Positions 1 through 9,870 of a stretch of DNA of 64,000 nt are shown one piece after another (positions within the stretch are counted from its first letter, which is position 1; each line of letters begins with the position of its first letter). Under the pieces are notes generated by a model. It worked only from the letters and a program-made list of their open reading frames with translations. It was not told where the DNA came from and ran no database searches. The stretch comes from Camelus dromedarius. Taxonomy: Eukaryota. The position numbers were made by a program, and so were the translations under genes. The DNA is taken from contig NC_087436.1 of NCBI RefSeq assembly GCF_036321535.1, positions 104,720,001-104,784,000 of the forward strand, written 5' to 3'.

Positions 1-108
1 CCGCCACAAGGGGCCTCGTGGAAAGGGGTCCAGGCAAGACATGGGGGCCTCTGCTCCACAAGGTGGGGGTCTGGAGTGGGGCTGGCCCGCAGCGAGAAGA
101 GGACGTTC

Positions 109-402
109 TGGAGTAGTGGGAGCTGATACTGAGAAGAAAACAGGAGGAAAGTGAGATGCTGGAGAGACTCAGGAGGATGAGAAGGGCGGGCTTGGCGTTC
201 CCAGGAGGACCCAAAGCTGGGCCAGGGTCTTTGCCACATGCCCGGAGTTTGGAAAATGGTCCACCGTGGGGTTTGGAAGCCACAGCGCCCGGCGATAAGA
301 GACTGGGAAACTGTGGGGAAATTCTCCAGTCTGAGCTTCTGTGGACAGAGGAGGTCTGAGATAAAAAGGGGAGAGGAGGGGGAGAAGGTGGACAATGATG
401 AT
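109..402 (-). repeat. Left arm of diverged inverted repeat flanking the CpG island
   Basis: Reverse complement aligns co-linearly with 1037-1315; exact anchors 323-341 vs 1085-1103 (19 bp) and 178-194 vs 1232-1248 (17 bp). Confidence 0.9.
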
Positions 403-429
403 CCTAAAGGCTGAGCACTGTGTGCAGAT

Positions 430-1030
430 TCAGGAGTTGGGCTTTCGGAGGTTGCTCCCGAGTGGGCGAAACCCGGGAGGAGAGCTAGGGCCCGTGGGGG
501 AGCAGCAAACCCCGCAGGCCTGCTGGGCTGGCCCGGGGCCCCCCACCCACCTGCGGGCGGAGCAGTAGCGCACCTCCCCCGCGCCTGCCGGCCTGGGAGC
601 GGCGGGCCTTGCGCGGGGCGCTGCTGCCCCCTCCTGGGGATGCTCGCAGGCCCTTGCTGTCGCGGGAGCCGCTCGGCTGGGAAACTCGGGGCTGGGGCGG
701 GGGCTGCGGGGCAGCTTCCCGGCGAATCCCGCTCCGGTGTCCGCCTCCGCTGCTCGCGCCCCGCCCTTCTTCCGCACCTGCCTTCAAAATCGCTGAGACC
801 CATCTCCTGTCTCGGGCCGCATCCCCGTGTCTTCTCTCGCGGCCCCACTGTCTTGTGCCTCACACGTGGAGCTTGGTGATGAAGGTGCCATAGTGGGCTC
901 AGACGGTCGTCAAGGACCCAGCTGGGTCCTCAAGTCCCTGAGTCTCAGGTGCTCGCTGGCGGAACACGGTCGCAGTGAGGATGCTTGTCTAGACGCTAGT
1001 GACACCGTTCCTTGCGTAGTGTGAGTGCGG
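430..1030. promoter_or_regulatory. CpG island / GC-rich promoter
   Basis: Very high GC and CpG density compared with the CpG-depleted rest of the window; GC boxes GGGGCGGGG at 694-702 and CCCCGCCC at 759-766; no repeat signature in the core. Confidence 0.85.
551..760 (-). other. Putative non-coding first exon of a minus-strand gene extending left of the window
   Basis: Minus-strand donor CAG|GTGGGT (exon end 551, intron GT 550-549) inside the CpG island and downstream of the GC box at 759-766. TSS position is inferred; the gene was not recognised. Confidence 0.4.
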
Positions 1031-1036
1031 GTCACT

Positions 1037-1315
1037 ATCATCCACCTTCTCCATCTTCCTCATGTTATCTCTGCCCTCTGTCTGCAGAAGCTCAGACTGG
1101 AGACTTTCCCTTCAGTTTCCCAGCCTCTCCCTGCCGGGCTCTCTGGCTGCCCAATCCCACGGTGGGCCATTTTCCACTCTCTGGGCACGTGGCAAGGTCC
1201 CCAGTCGAGCTTTGGGTCCTCTCACAGACATCAAGCCCGCCCTTCTCACCTTTCTGAGTCTCTAGCATCCTACTTTCCTTGCGTTTTCCTCTCCTTTTCA
1301 GTTCCCATTGCTGCA
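1037..1315 (+). repeat. Right arm of diverged inverted repeat flanking the CpG island
   Basis: Contains CAGAAGCTCAGACTGGAGA and CAAGCCCGCCCTTCTCA, whose reverse complements occur in the same order in 109-402. Confidence 0.9.
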
Positions 1316-1353
1316 TCTCTCTTCACCTTCACACAAACTTTCTCCTCCATCCT

Positions 1354-1550
1354 ATTTTTTTTTTTTTTTTGCACATATATACTTTTATTGAAGTATAGTC
1401 AGGTTACAATGTTGTATCAATTTCTGGTGTACAGCATAATGTTTCAGTCATACCTGAACATACATATATTTGTTTTCATATTCTTTTTCACCATAAGTTA
1501 CTAAAAGATACTGATTATAGTTCCCTTTGCTATATACAGTATGAACTTGT
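1354..1550 (-). mobile_element. 5'-truncated young L1 3' end with poly(A)
   Basis: Poly(T) followed by TTTATTGAAGTATAGTCAGGTTACAATGTTG (reverse L1 3' UTR); 15-bp TSD TTTCTCCTC(C/G)ATCCT at 1339-1353 and 1551-1565. Confidence 0.9.
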
Positions 1551-1599
1551 TTTCTCCTCGATCCTTAATTCTTTACCTCTCCACTGACCACACTCTGCC

Positions 1600-2190
1600 T
1601 TCCAGCCCCATCATCACCCTGAGTTACAATGGCCCGATGACCCTCAGTTAACCATGGGGCCCCAGTGACCTCTTTGTCCCTCAATCCTGGGCCAACTTCT
1701 CAGATCTGATTTGATGATTCTGCAGCATTTAGGCTACTGATGCCTCTTTCTGCAAATTTTCTCTCCCTTAAATTTTCAGACACACTGCTTTTTCCTATGA
1801 CCTTGAACCCAGTCCTCTTCAGTTTCCTTGATGACTCCTCTTTGTCCACCAGCACCAGCCACAGGGCTCCCTCTTGGCCTTCGTCTTTCATTCTATCCGC
1901 TCACCTGAGGGCTGTGATATCATGCCCTGGAGCTCCAGCTGAGACCCTTGCCCAGCTCTGTATCTACCTCCATGTGCAGGTGAACACGGGTCATCTCCAC
2001 ACAGATGGCCAGAGATACCACCAACTCTGCAGATCCAAAACTGGAATCATTGTCTTTCTCCCCAAACTGGTTCTTCCACAGAAGTCTGGGAAATATTTTA
2101 AGCTCCTTTCTCTCTCTTACTCCCCCCTCCTACCATCCCACTGGGCCTAGCATTCTGTTGATTCCATCTTTCTGCATGCGTGGCCCCATT
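1600..2190 (+). mobile_element. LINE-2 (L2) remnant
   Basis: Pyrimidine-rich degenerate L2-like motifs, e.g. TCTGCAGCATTT, CATCTCCAC..GATG..CCAAAACTGGAATCATTGTCTTTC. Confidence 0.6.
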
Positions 2191-2649
2191 GAATTCTCTT
2201 AATAATCTCATGGAAGTAGGAAAGGACTGAAGCATTGAGGTGTCATTTGCTCAGGGTATTATAGCTAGTAAGTCACAAAGCCCAGATGGGCCCCCAGGTC
2301 TTGCTGAAGGCACAACCCTTGTTTTTTCAGCACTGTTGTGCAGCGTTATTTCAAGATTGTGTCATTCCTTGCAGAGATTGTCACATTGACTCTCTTACTA
2401 GTTCTCTTGACTTCATTCTTTCCCCTCCTTTAAGTGTAGCTATCAAAGAGATGACTTCCTCTCTGTTGCTTCCTATAACTAAAATTCAATACTGAGACTC
2501 TCCTCAAGTCCATTCAGTGGCCTCTACTACACTTAAGCTAAAGTCTATACTCTGGAGTCTGCCCTTTTACCCAATTCTTTCCTACTTATCCTTCATAATC
2601 TAAAGGGAATTGTCCCTGGATCTCCAAGATTGTATCAGGTGATTTATTA

Positions 2650-3130
2650 GTTGGGACTACATTCAGCTGTATGTAACAGAAAACCCAATTAATGGCTTCA
2701 ATGAGATCATTAATTCCTTCCTCTTAAAGAGCTGGAGGAGGCAATTCAGGGTTGCTGTGGTGGCTCCAGTTTATCACCAATTACCCAGTATCCTTGTGTT
2801 TTTCTGCTCCACCATTCCTCATATTAGCTTCAATTTTCAATGCCACCTCATGGCTGCAAGATGGCTGCTGCAGCTCTAGCTATCTCAATGACATTCCTAA
2901 CAGCAGGAAGGAAGAAGGGTCAAGAGCCAAAGTGTGTGCCTCCCAATTTGCTAGGCTGTTTGATAAGCTTTCCCAGAATTTCTAACCAACAACTTCTGTC
3001 TATATGTCTTTGGTCTCCCAAAAGAGAAACTGGAGAAGGTAGTTTTTGAGTTGGGGACACTGGAAACCCTACTAGTACAAAGGCCCAGTAGTGAGAAAAA
3101 GAAAGGAAGATGGACATGGATTAACAACTA
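2650..3130. mobile_element. MaLR LTR (MLT1J/K-like)
   Basis: Characteristic CAGCTGTATGTAACAGAAAACCC start and CAAGATGGCTGCTGCAGCTCTAGC motif. Confidence 0.65.
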
Positions 3131-3939
3131 GATGTCTCTACCCAGATCTCCTTCCTCCACACTCCCCTAGCGCTCCTGCTTACATCTGCCATTGCGCTTT
3201 CCACGTCTCACTGTAGATATCTGCCTGCTGATCTGTTTCTCACACCAGTCTGAGCACTCAGTGCAGAGGACAGCACCTTGCACACAGCAGGTGTTCAGTA
3301 GAGGCTTGCTGTTGATGGCTCTTGATGTTTAAAGAGGTCCCAGAACCCTGGATCGCAGACCCAGTCCTGAATTCAATCACTGTACCATGGTCAGGTAAGA
3401 GAATGCCCTCATGCTTGGGAAATGCATGCTGACGTGTTTAAGGAAGAGATTGTGATGCCTGAAGCTTGCTCTTAAATGGCTCAGCTAATAATAACATGTA
3501 TTTTACTTGGATGTACACATTATATATGTGTATAAATGTCCTGATTAATAGGTAGGTAGATGATAAAACAAGCAAATACGGCAGACTTTTAATGGTAAAT
3601 CCTCTTGGAAATTTATGGAAGCTCATTATTCTATTCTTGTAACTTTTCTATAGAATCCTTTTTATAAAAGTGAGAAGTTAAAAGGGTCACAAGGGCTGTA
3701 CTTTCAGGGATCATTTCTACAATTTATTACTAGAGAAGTTCCTCTGAACATGTAGAGCACCACCCAGTATTATCTTGTAATTTTTTCTTTTTAAAAAAAG
3801 GACCACAGAACTCCAGAATGTGAGATGTAAAAGGAGGACCTTGTATATTTTCTAGCCTACTGTCCCAGAGAGGTGACATCCCTTTCCAGAAGCACAGGCT
3901 GCCCTGGTCTCCCACAGCCATAGTAACAGTTAACTGCTT

Positions 3940-4790
3940 ACATGTGCCCACAACTCCTTCTCTACAGAGCTTTGCCCATTGCTGTTCCCTTGGCCTGGAG
4001 TGTTCTTTCTCCCTCTTGTTACCTAGTTTCTTCTATTCATCCTTCAGGTCTCTGATCAGGTGCCACTTCCTCAGGAAAGCCCTCCCTGACTCTCCTGTCT
4101 GTGTCAGATTTCCCCTGTTACAGGCTTCACCACATCACGTTTTCCCTGCATCAGCTCAGCTCTGTTAGACGTTTGTATCAGTGCATGTGATTGATGCCTG
4201 TCTCCTCCACTCCAGAGACCGTGAGTGACGCTCACACATGGTACTTACTGTGCACCAGGCTCCCTTCTAAGCACTTTACATAGAGCTAACGCCCACTGCA
4301 AGTCCCAAATCCACGTGTTCGGGGTGGTCACCTCTCTCTCCCGAGCTTCTGACCTGTATTTCATACTGCGAATTGGGGATGTCCACTTGGATACCACACA
4401 GGCATCTAAAACTCGGCACTGAACTCTTCATCTTCCTTACAGGATTTCTCCTCCTCCTCCTCCTCTTCTGTTTCTATTTCAAGAAATGGCAGCACCATCC
4501 ACCCAGCTGCACCCCGACCCCTGCACTGGGTGCATCTTAGACTCCCACCTCCTCCTGCCATCAAAACCACTCTATCACCAAGTTCTGTTCCTGTCCCTCT
4601 AAAGTGCCTCAATCCATCCACTTCTCTCCTTCTCCGCTCTGAGTCCTCCTACTGAAATCCCCTTTTATCATCTCTGCAATCGAATTCCATCAGATCTTTG
4701 TCTCTGTTTTACCCCACACCTCCATTCTCTATACTGTAGCCAGGATTACCTTCTAAGTCATCCTTCACTGTGCCACTCTCCTGCTGAAAA
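3940..4790 (+). mobile_element. L2 fragments
   Basis: L2 3' motifs (GCTGTTCCCTTGGCCTGGA, TCACTTCCTCAGGAAAGCC-like, AATGGCAGCACCATCCACCCAG). Confidence 0.6.
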
Positions 4791-5321
4791 CCAGCCCAGA
4801 GACTTGGTGAGCTAAACTAACTTGGAAACCCATATATATAAGTATAAACACCTAGAAATTTAAATATATAGCTGAGTTTGTAAAGATAGAAAGATAAAAA
4901 CTCTCGTGTCAAAAACAAAAGGGACACAGAAAATGAGAGTGGCTGACGCAAGAGTGGTTAGTGCAGGGTGGTTAGCATGTGAGTTGATGCCATGGGTGTC
5001 CTGGGGGTGATCGTTGGACCTTAAGTGGGCCCTAGTGGGAGGGGGCTGGGTTTGGTCAAGAGGTGCAACAAAGTGGAGCTTTGGCCTCTGTACGTGGCCA
5101 ATAACTGCTCTTCAGCTCTGGCTTTAGCTTTGGCCTTTGGAAATCCAAATATTCAAATAGTTGTTTCAATGGCATCCTGGCATCCTTGAACTTGTGCATC
5201 ATCAATAATCCTGTGATTATATTGGGTCATTTACTCACTGATTTCACCAATTTTTCCTTTACGTCCTCTCTCTATTCCAGGGTCCAATCCGGGGTACCAT
5301 ATTGCATTTAGACTTATTCTT

Positions 5322-6404
5322 TTAGCTATATATTCTTTAATCACCTCTTCATGTGATGATTTTGTAATATCATTTTCTGTAGACAGACTAGAAAGAGAAT
5401 TCATTTTCTCCTCTAACATGGTTAATCAAATTTGTTTTCCATTATTGATAACTTAAATTTTTTTCTTTAAGCTTTACAACTCTTTTTTGGTAATGGCACA
5501 TCAGTGTTTAGGATTGTTATCAACTTTGGAAAAACCTCTATGAAATTTCTTTCTCATATGATGAGTTGTAAATATATAATGTATTTATAATTGCATGCAC
5601 TGCATTCTCAAATATATTTTAACTCAATTTTTTAATTAAAAAAAATTTTTTAGATTGAAGTAGTCAGTTACAATGTGTCAATTTCTGGTGTACAGCACAA
5701 TGTCCCAGTCCTGCATATACGTACATATATTCATTTTCATATTCTTCAAATATATTCTTGATGGAATAAAACTTCCATTTTGACCAGACATTGAATAATA
5801 ATGAACCCCCCCACTTACAGTTTTACATTTCTGATATTAGAAGAATTTTCCACAGTCTGTAAACTTAGCAATGGCTCTAAACATTGTAAACCTTGTTTCT
5901 CGAACACCTACATATTTTTGGTGCCAGGTATTGTAGGATTTTTTGCATCTCCATCCAACCTCTGACACTGTGTGCCAGGCAAGGCAGCATGTGGATGGTA
6001 GGAGTATTTCTGGAAGCCATTCTAAAATCTGTACACCCCACAATAACTAAATTATACATGGAGATGACTGCAAACCACCTAAAATAGCCCATGAAACCCA
6101 AAGTAAATGTAGGCCAACTCATCTTCCTCCTACTCAAATCCCCAAAAGACCCATGGTCATTCCAGAGCCACCATCATGAGGAGAAGTTAGAAAAAAATTA
6201 TAGTTAATTAATTTAAAAAGTTGTTTTTCTGGATTTTATAATGTTTGTTTTATTTGTCAGCTTTCTAAACTGTCAAGATTTTTTTTCTTATTGTCAATAT
6301 TTACTTTCATTCTTAATCTTGTTTTTATAGTTTGTAATGTTTTTCTTAAAGAGGGCCCCAAATTGCATAAACTTCAGGCCCCAAGAAAACTGAATCCGCC
6401 CTTG
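5322..6404 (-). mobile_element. hAT-Tip100 DNA transposon (Zaphod/MER115-like) with decayed transposase C-terminus
   Basis: Minus-strand terminus CAAGGGCGGATTCAG...GGGGCCTGAAGTTTATGCAATTTGGGGCCCTCTTTAAG. Minus translation of ~5550-5322 gives EVFPKLITIL..PLP..SCKA*R..KLSIMENKF / MLEEKMNSLSSLSTENDITKS..EEVIKEY, a hAT dimerisation domain with stops and a frameshift. Confidence 0.85.
5619..5745 (-). mobile_element. Short L1 3' end inserted in the hAT element
   Basis: Reverse L1 3' UTR (ATTGAAGTAGTCAGTTACAATG...GTGTACAGC); TSD TCAAATATATT at 5608-5618 and 5746-5756. Confidence 0.85.
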
Positions 6405-7086
6405 ACTGAAAGAGTTCACTACTCACAGTCATCAGTGAAAAATTAATAAAAGATGGCCTTCAGGAAGAAGGAACTTGAACTCAGAAGGAAGAGACGGGAT
6501 TCAAGGGGCAATAAAACAAAGAAGTAAATGTTACTTAAATAATAGCAATAATAATACAAAGCCATTCCTCGTTGCTCTGGTGTACAGCAGAAACACAGTG
6601 GCGGGGCTGCCAGGGTCCTGTATGATCTGGTCTCCATTGGTGTCCAGCTTTATCAGGCACCACTCCCACTCACCACCTACTGGAGAACAGCCCTGACTCT
6701 TAGTACGCCCGCCCTGGTGCCTCCAGGCATTCTCACATTCTGTTCCTTCTCACTGCAACAAAGTTCCCCTCCCTTGTTAAGGAAGGACACCTGACCTTAC
6801 GAGCTAGACTGGAGGCCCCTCCGGCTGCTGTCCCACTCCCTCGCATTAACTCTTTGCTTGTCTGCATCCCCCACTAGGCTACAGTCTCCTGAGGCAGAGC
6901 CGGAGCCTGGCTTCTGCCCTGCTGAGCCCCGGCACCGAGCGCAGAGCCTGACTCGGGTAGGCAGCCCGTAAACATCTGCTAAGTAAAGGGCCAAACAGCA
7001 AACCGAGAGTGGAACCAAAACCTTCCGCTTTTCAGCCTTTGTCATTTGAACTCATGCCAACGGGTATTCGTATCCATCCACCTTTC

Positions 7087-8800
7087 TGACTCAGTAAACA
7101 CACTTGAGTGGAAACAGTCCTGTTTTTCGGATGACTGAGCCCTTCCTTATGTCAACTTTGGGTACAGCAGATGCTGTAGACAGGCTGGTGCCCCTTCCAT
7201 AGCCCCTCAACCTACCCCGGAAGTGGCCTCCAGAGGGTTCCACGCTGGCCCGGGGCTTCATGTCTCTCTCTGCCTGAGGACATTCCCTGGCTGCGGGAGT
7301 GTATTTGGAAGTGCCAGGGAGTTAGCCTGCCAGGAGCAAACCTCCAACAGGGCAGCTTGCTTGCCCGTCAGTGGGACCATCTGAGTCATATTCCACACAG
7401 CCTCTCACAGGGACCCCAGCAGGACTGAGCTCCAGATGCCCAGTCACCTCCCCTCTCCCTCGTGTGCTTCCTGGGCTCACCTCCCCCTAAATGACCTGCA
7501 CCCAAATCCTCTAAGACACGGGGCCAGGTTCCAACACGGGGCCAGGTTCCTGGCCCAGCCAAGGTTGCAGTAGCAGATGTAGGAGATGGGGCAGAATTTC
7601 GTTTGACCCCAGGGTCTAGCTCTAGAAGACAGTGCTTTGAAAAGAAATCCCTGAAATGTATGAATTTCAATAGAATACGTCTTCCTCCTAAAAGCTTCAG
7701 GAGATTTCAAACTTCAAACTCTAAAGGAAGAGTCTTAAAAGCAGAAAAGTTTACAGACCCATTCAGAGGGAGAGAAGCACTGAACAACCAAATCTTGGTT
7801 AATAGAAGTTTCACTGCAGTGACTCACTATGAAGGTACTTCTCCGGCCAACACGTTGGCGGGTCTCCTCCATTTAACGTAGGCAGCTGGGCAGGGGAGAC
7901 TGACCGTCAGAGATTCTTAGGCTGGGACCCAGCTTCCAAAGAATTTAGGAAACCTGCTCCTGCCGCCTATATAAGCTCTTAGTATTTGAAAACAATCAGG
8001 ACCACTTCGGCCGTCTCTGTCCTCTGACTCATCACGCCAAGGCAGAGTTACTGGAAAGAAGCCTCCAAGAAGGGACCCTGGAGTGGTCTCGCCATTGCCT
8101 CAGCTGCATCTTGCTCATCCAGGAAGGGTAGAGAGGCTACTGCCCGGCGCCTCCCAAGGCTCTTCCCAAAGCCCTGGACTCGGGGTCAACCGGCCAGGAG
8201 CAAACCATCCCCGTGAAGTCGCTCCCCTTGGACAGAGGAGCTCAGCCAGGCGCTTGGCAGTTTCCCAGATTGTAAATATCTCTGCATTTCGCCGGAGGTG
8301 TCAGACTTCAACCCTCAGCAATGAAAGCAGAGAGTCTTCAAAGCTGAAAGGTTTATAGATAGATACAGAGGGATTGGAGAGTCCCTCTCTGGACCGGTTT
8401 CTGGAGAGAAGGAGGCCGACTCATGAAGAGGTTTCCAGCGAGGGCTAAGTGCACAGACGGCAAAGCCATCAGCGGAGGCCACGCCAGAGATTGCACAATG
8501 GGTGCCCTGTGCGCCGTATGGGGACTTTTGTGTTTATATGTTTGGGATGCCTGTCCCCCCTGCAACCCCAGGCTGGGGTCTGCTAAGAAAAATAACCTGG
8601 CTCGCAACGGCATTCTTCCAGCTCCACTTGAACGTTTGAAAAACCCTTGGATAGGAAAATAACCTCAGGGAGCCAAAGCTTTCTGCACTTGGCGAAGCCC
8701 TGGACCCAAAATACACAGAAGAACACTTTGCTTTGAAAGGCCTACAGTATTCCTATCTGAGTCATCTGAAAACAAATAAAAAGAGACCTAAACAAACAAA
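7087..8800. promoter_or_regulatory. Candidate enhancer: AP-1 motif cluster
   Basis: TGA(C/G)TCA at 7087, 7382, 7820, 8025 and 8758; FOX-type GTAAACA at 7094-7100; TATATAAG at 7968-7975; largely repeat-free from ~7550. Confidence 0.5.
7170..7515 (+). mobile_element. ERVL LTR16-like solo LTR remnant
   Basis: GGACCCCAGCAGGACTGAGCTCCAG and CTTCCTGGG.TCACCTCCC..AAAT..CTGCACCCAAATCCT motifs typical of LTR16. Confidence 0.6.
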
Positions 8801-9344
8801 CCTAATTGTGCGAGGAAACCCGGCCAGGTTTCCAGCCTGGCTCCCCCTCTGTTTTCATTAGGCAGAAGCCAATATATGCAGCTTTCCTCGTATCCAGAAC
8901 AAGCAAAATATTAAAAACAAATTGCCGAGGTTTCTCCTCCTCCCCTCCTTCCCTCATGGTGCACGACACGGGCCAAGTTCCCGACTTCTCTCTGCCTTGG
9001 ATTTGAACCTCTTTCCTTCAGTTTTGATAGACAGCTGTTTGCTTACCTGGCTGCCTGGCATCGACCAACAATCCCAGTTGACAGTGACATTCATGAACGT
9101 CAGCTATTACTGGACACAGATGAAGTTAAAAAAGAAATGTCTAGGTCTTGAGATATAATCGCTTTTACCAACAATCAATGCCACTGGTTTGAAAATCAGG
9201 CCTGCCAACCCGAATTCGCTTAGTATAGACCTGTCCACTGCTCCTTGCCCACATCCTACCAGCTTCCTTCCTTTTTCTTTCTTTTACTTATTTCACCATT
9301 AAGTAGGCATTCCATTGTAATGACAGCTCTGGGTTTTGCCCAGG

Positions 9345-9870
9345 CATTGTCCCTTCTTTTAACCAAGTTTTTCTTTGGAGAACCAGTCCTCCTCCAAATT
9401 TTAGTGCCGGTAGTCTGGTTGGGGTTTGCCTCACTCACCTTGTTTCAGGAGTGTGTGATCAAGGCCTGGCCAATTAAGAGTCACCAAAATTGGTGTAGGG
9501 ATGGACATAAAATCCAGTTCAGGTTATAGAGACACAAGGCTGGGATTTTTGCAAAGACTACTGGGGAAGAAGCACATTTATTTCTCCAAAGGTGGCAGAA
9601 TGAAGTCTGAAGCTGCTGATGGTCACAATCTGAAGCTGCTGATGGTCACAATGACACCATGTGGGGAGAGCTTGTCTGACAAGAAGAAGTGCAGAGCTGA
9701 GTGATCAAAAGAGTAAGAACTCACACAACATCATCTGAGCACCTGGATCCAGCCATGACTGAAGACCATTCTACCCTGGACTTTTCTTTTGTATGAACAA
9801 CTGAAACGTCCATTTTACTTAAGTTACTTTCAGTTGGATCATTTTCTCTTGCAACTGAAAGAGGCCTAAA
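9345..9870. mobile_element. MaLR LTR (MLT1J-like)
   Basis: GGCCTGGCCAAT..., GAGCACCTGGATCCAGCCATG.CTGAAG and TTGCAACTGAAAGAG motifs. Confidence 0.7.

Noticed and set aside
430..893. Overlapping ORFs of 79-115 aa in the CpG island
   Set aside because: Pro/Ala/Arg/Gly-rich ORFs on both strands with non-ATG starts are expected from stop-codon scarcity in GC-rich DNA; no recognisable domain.
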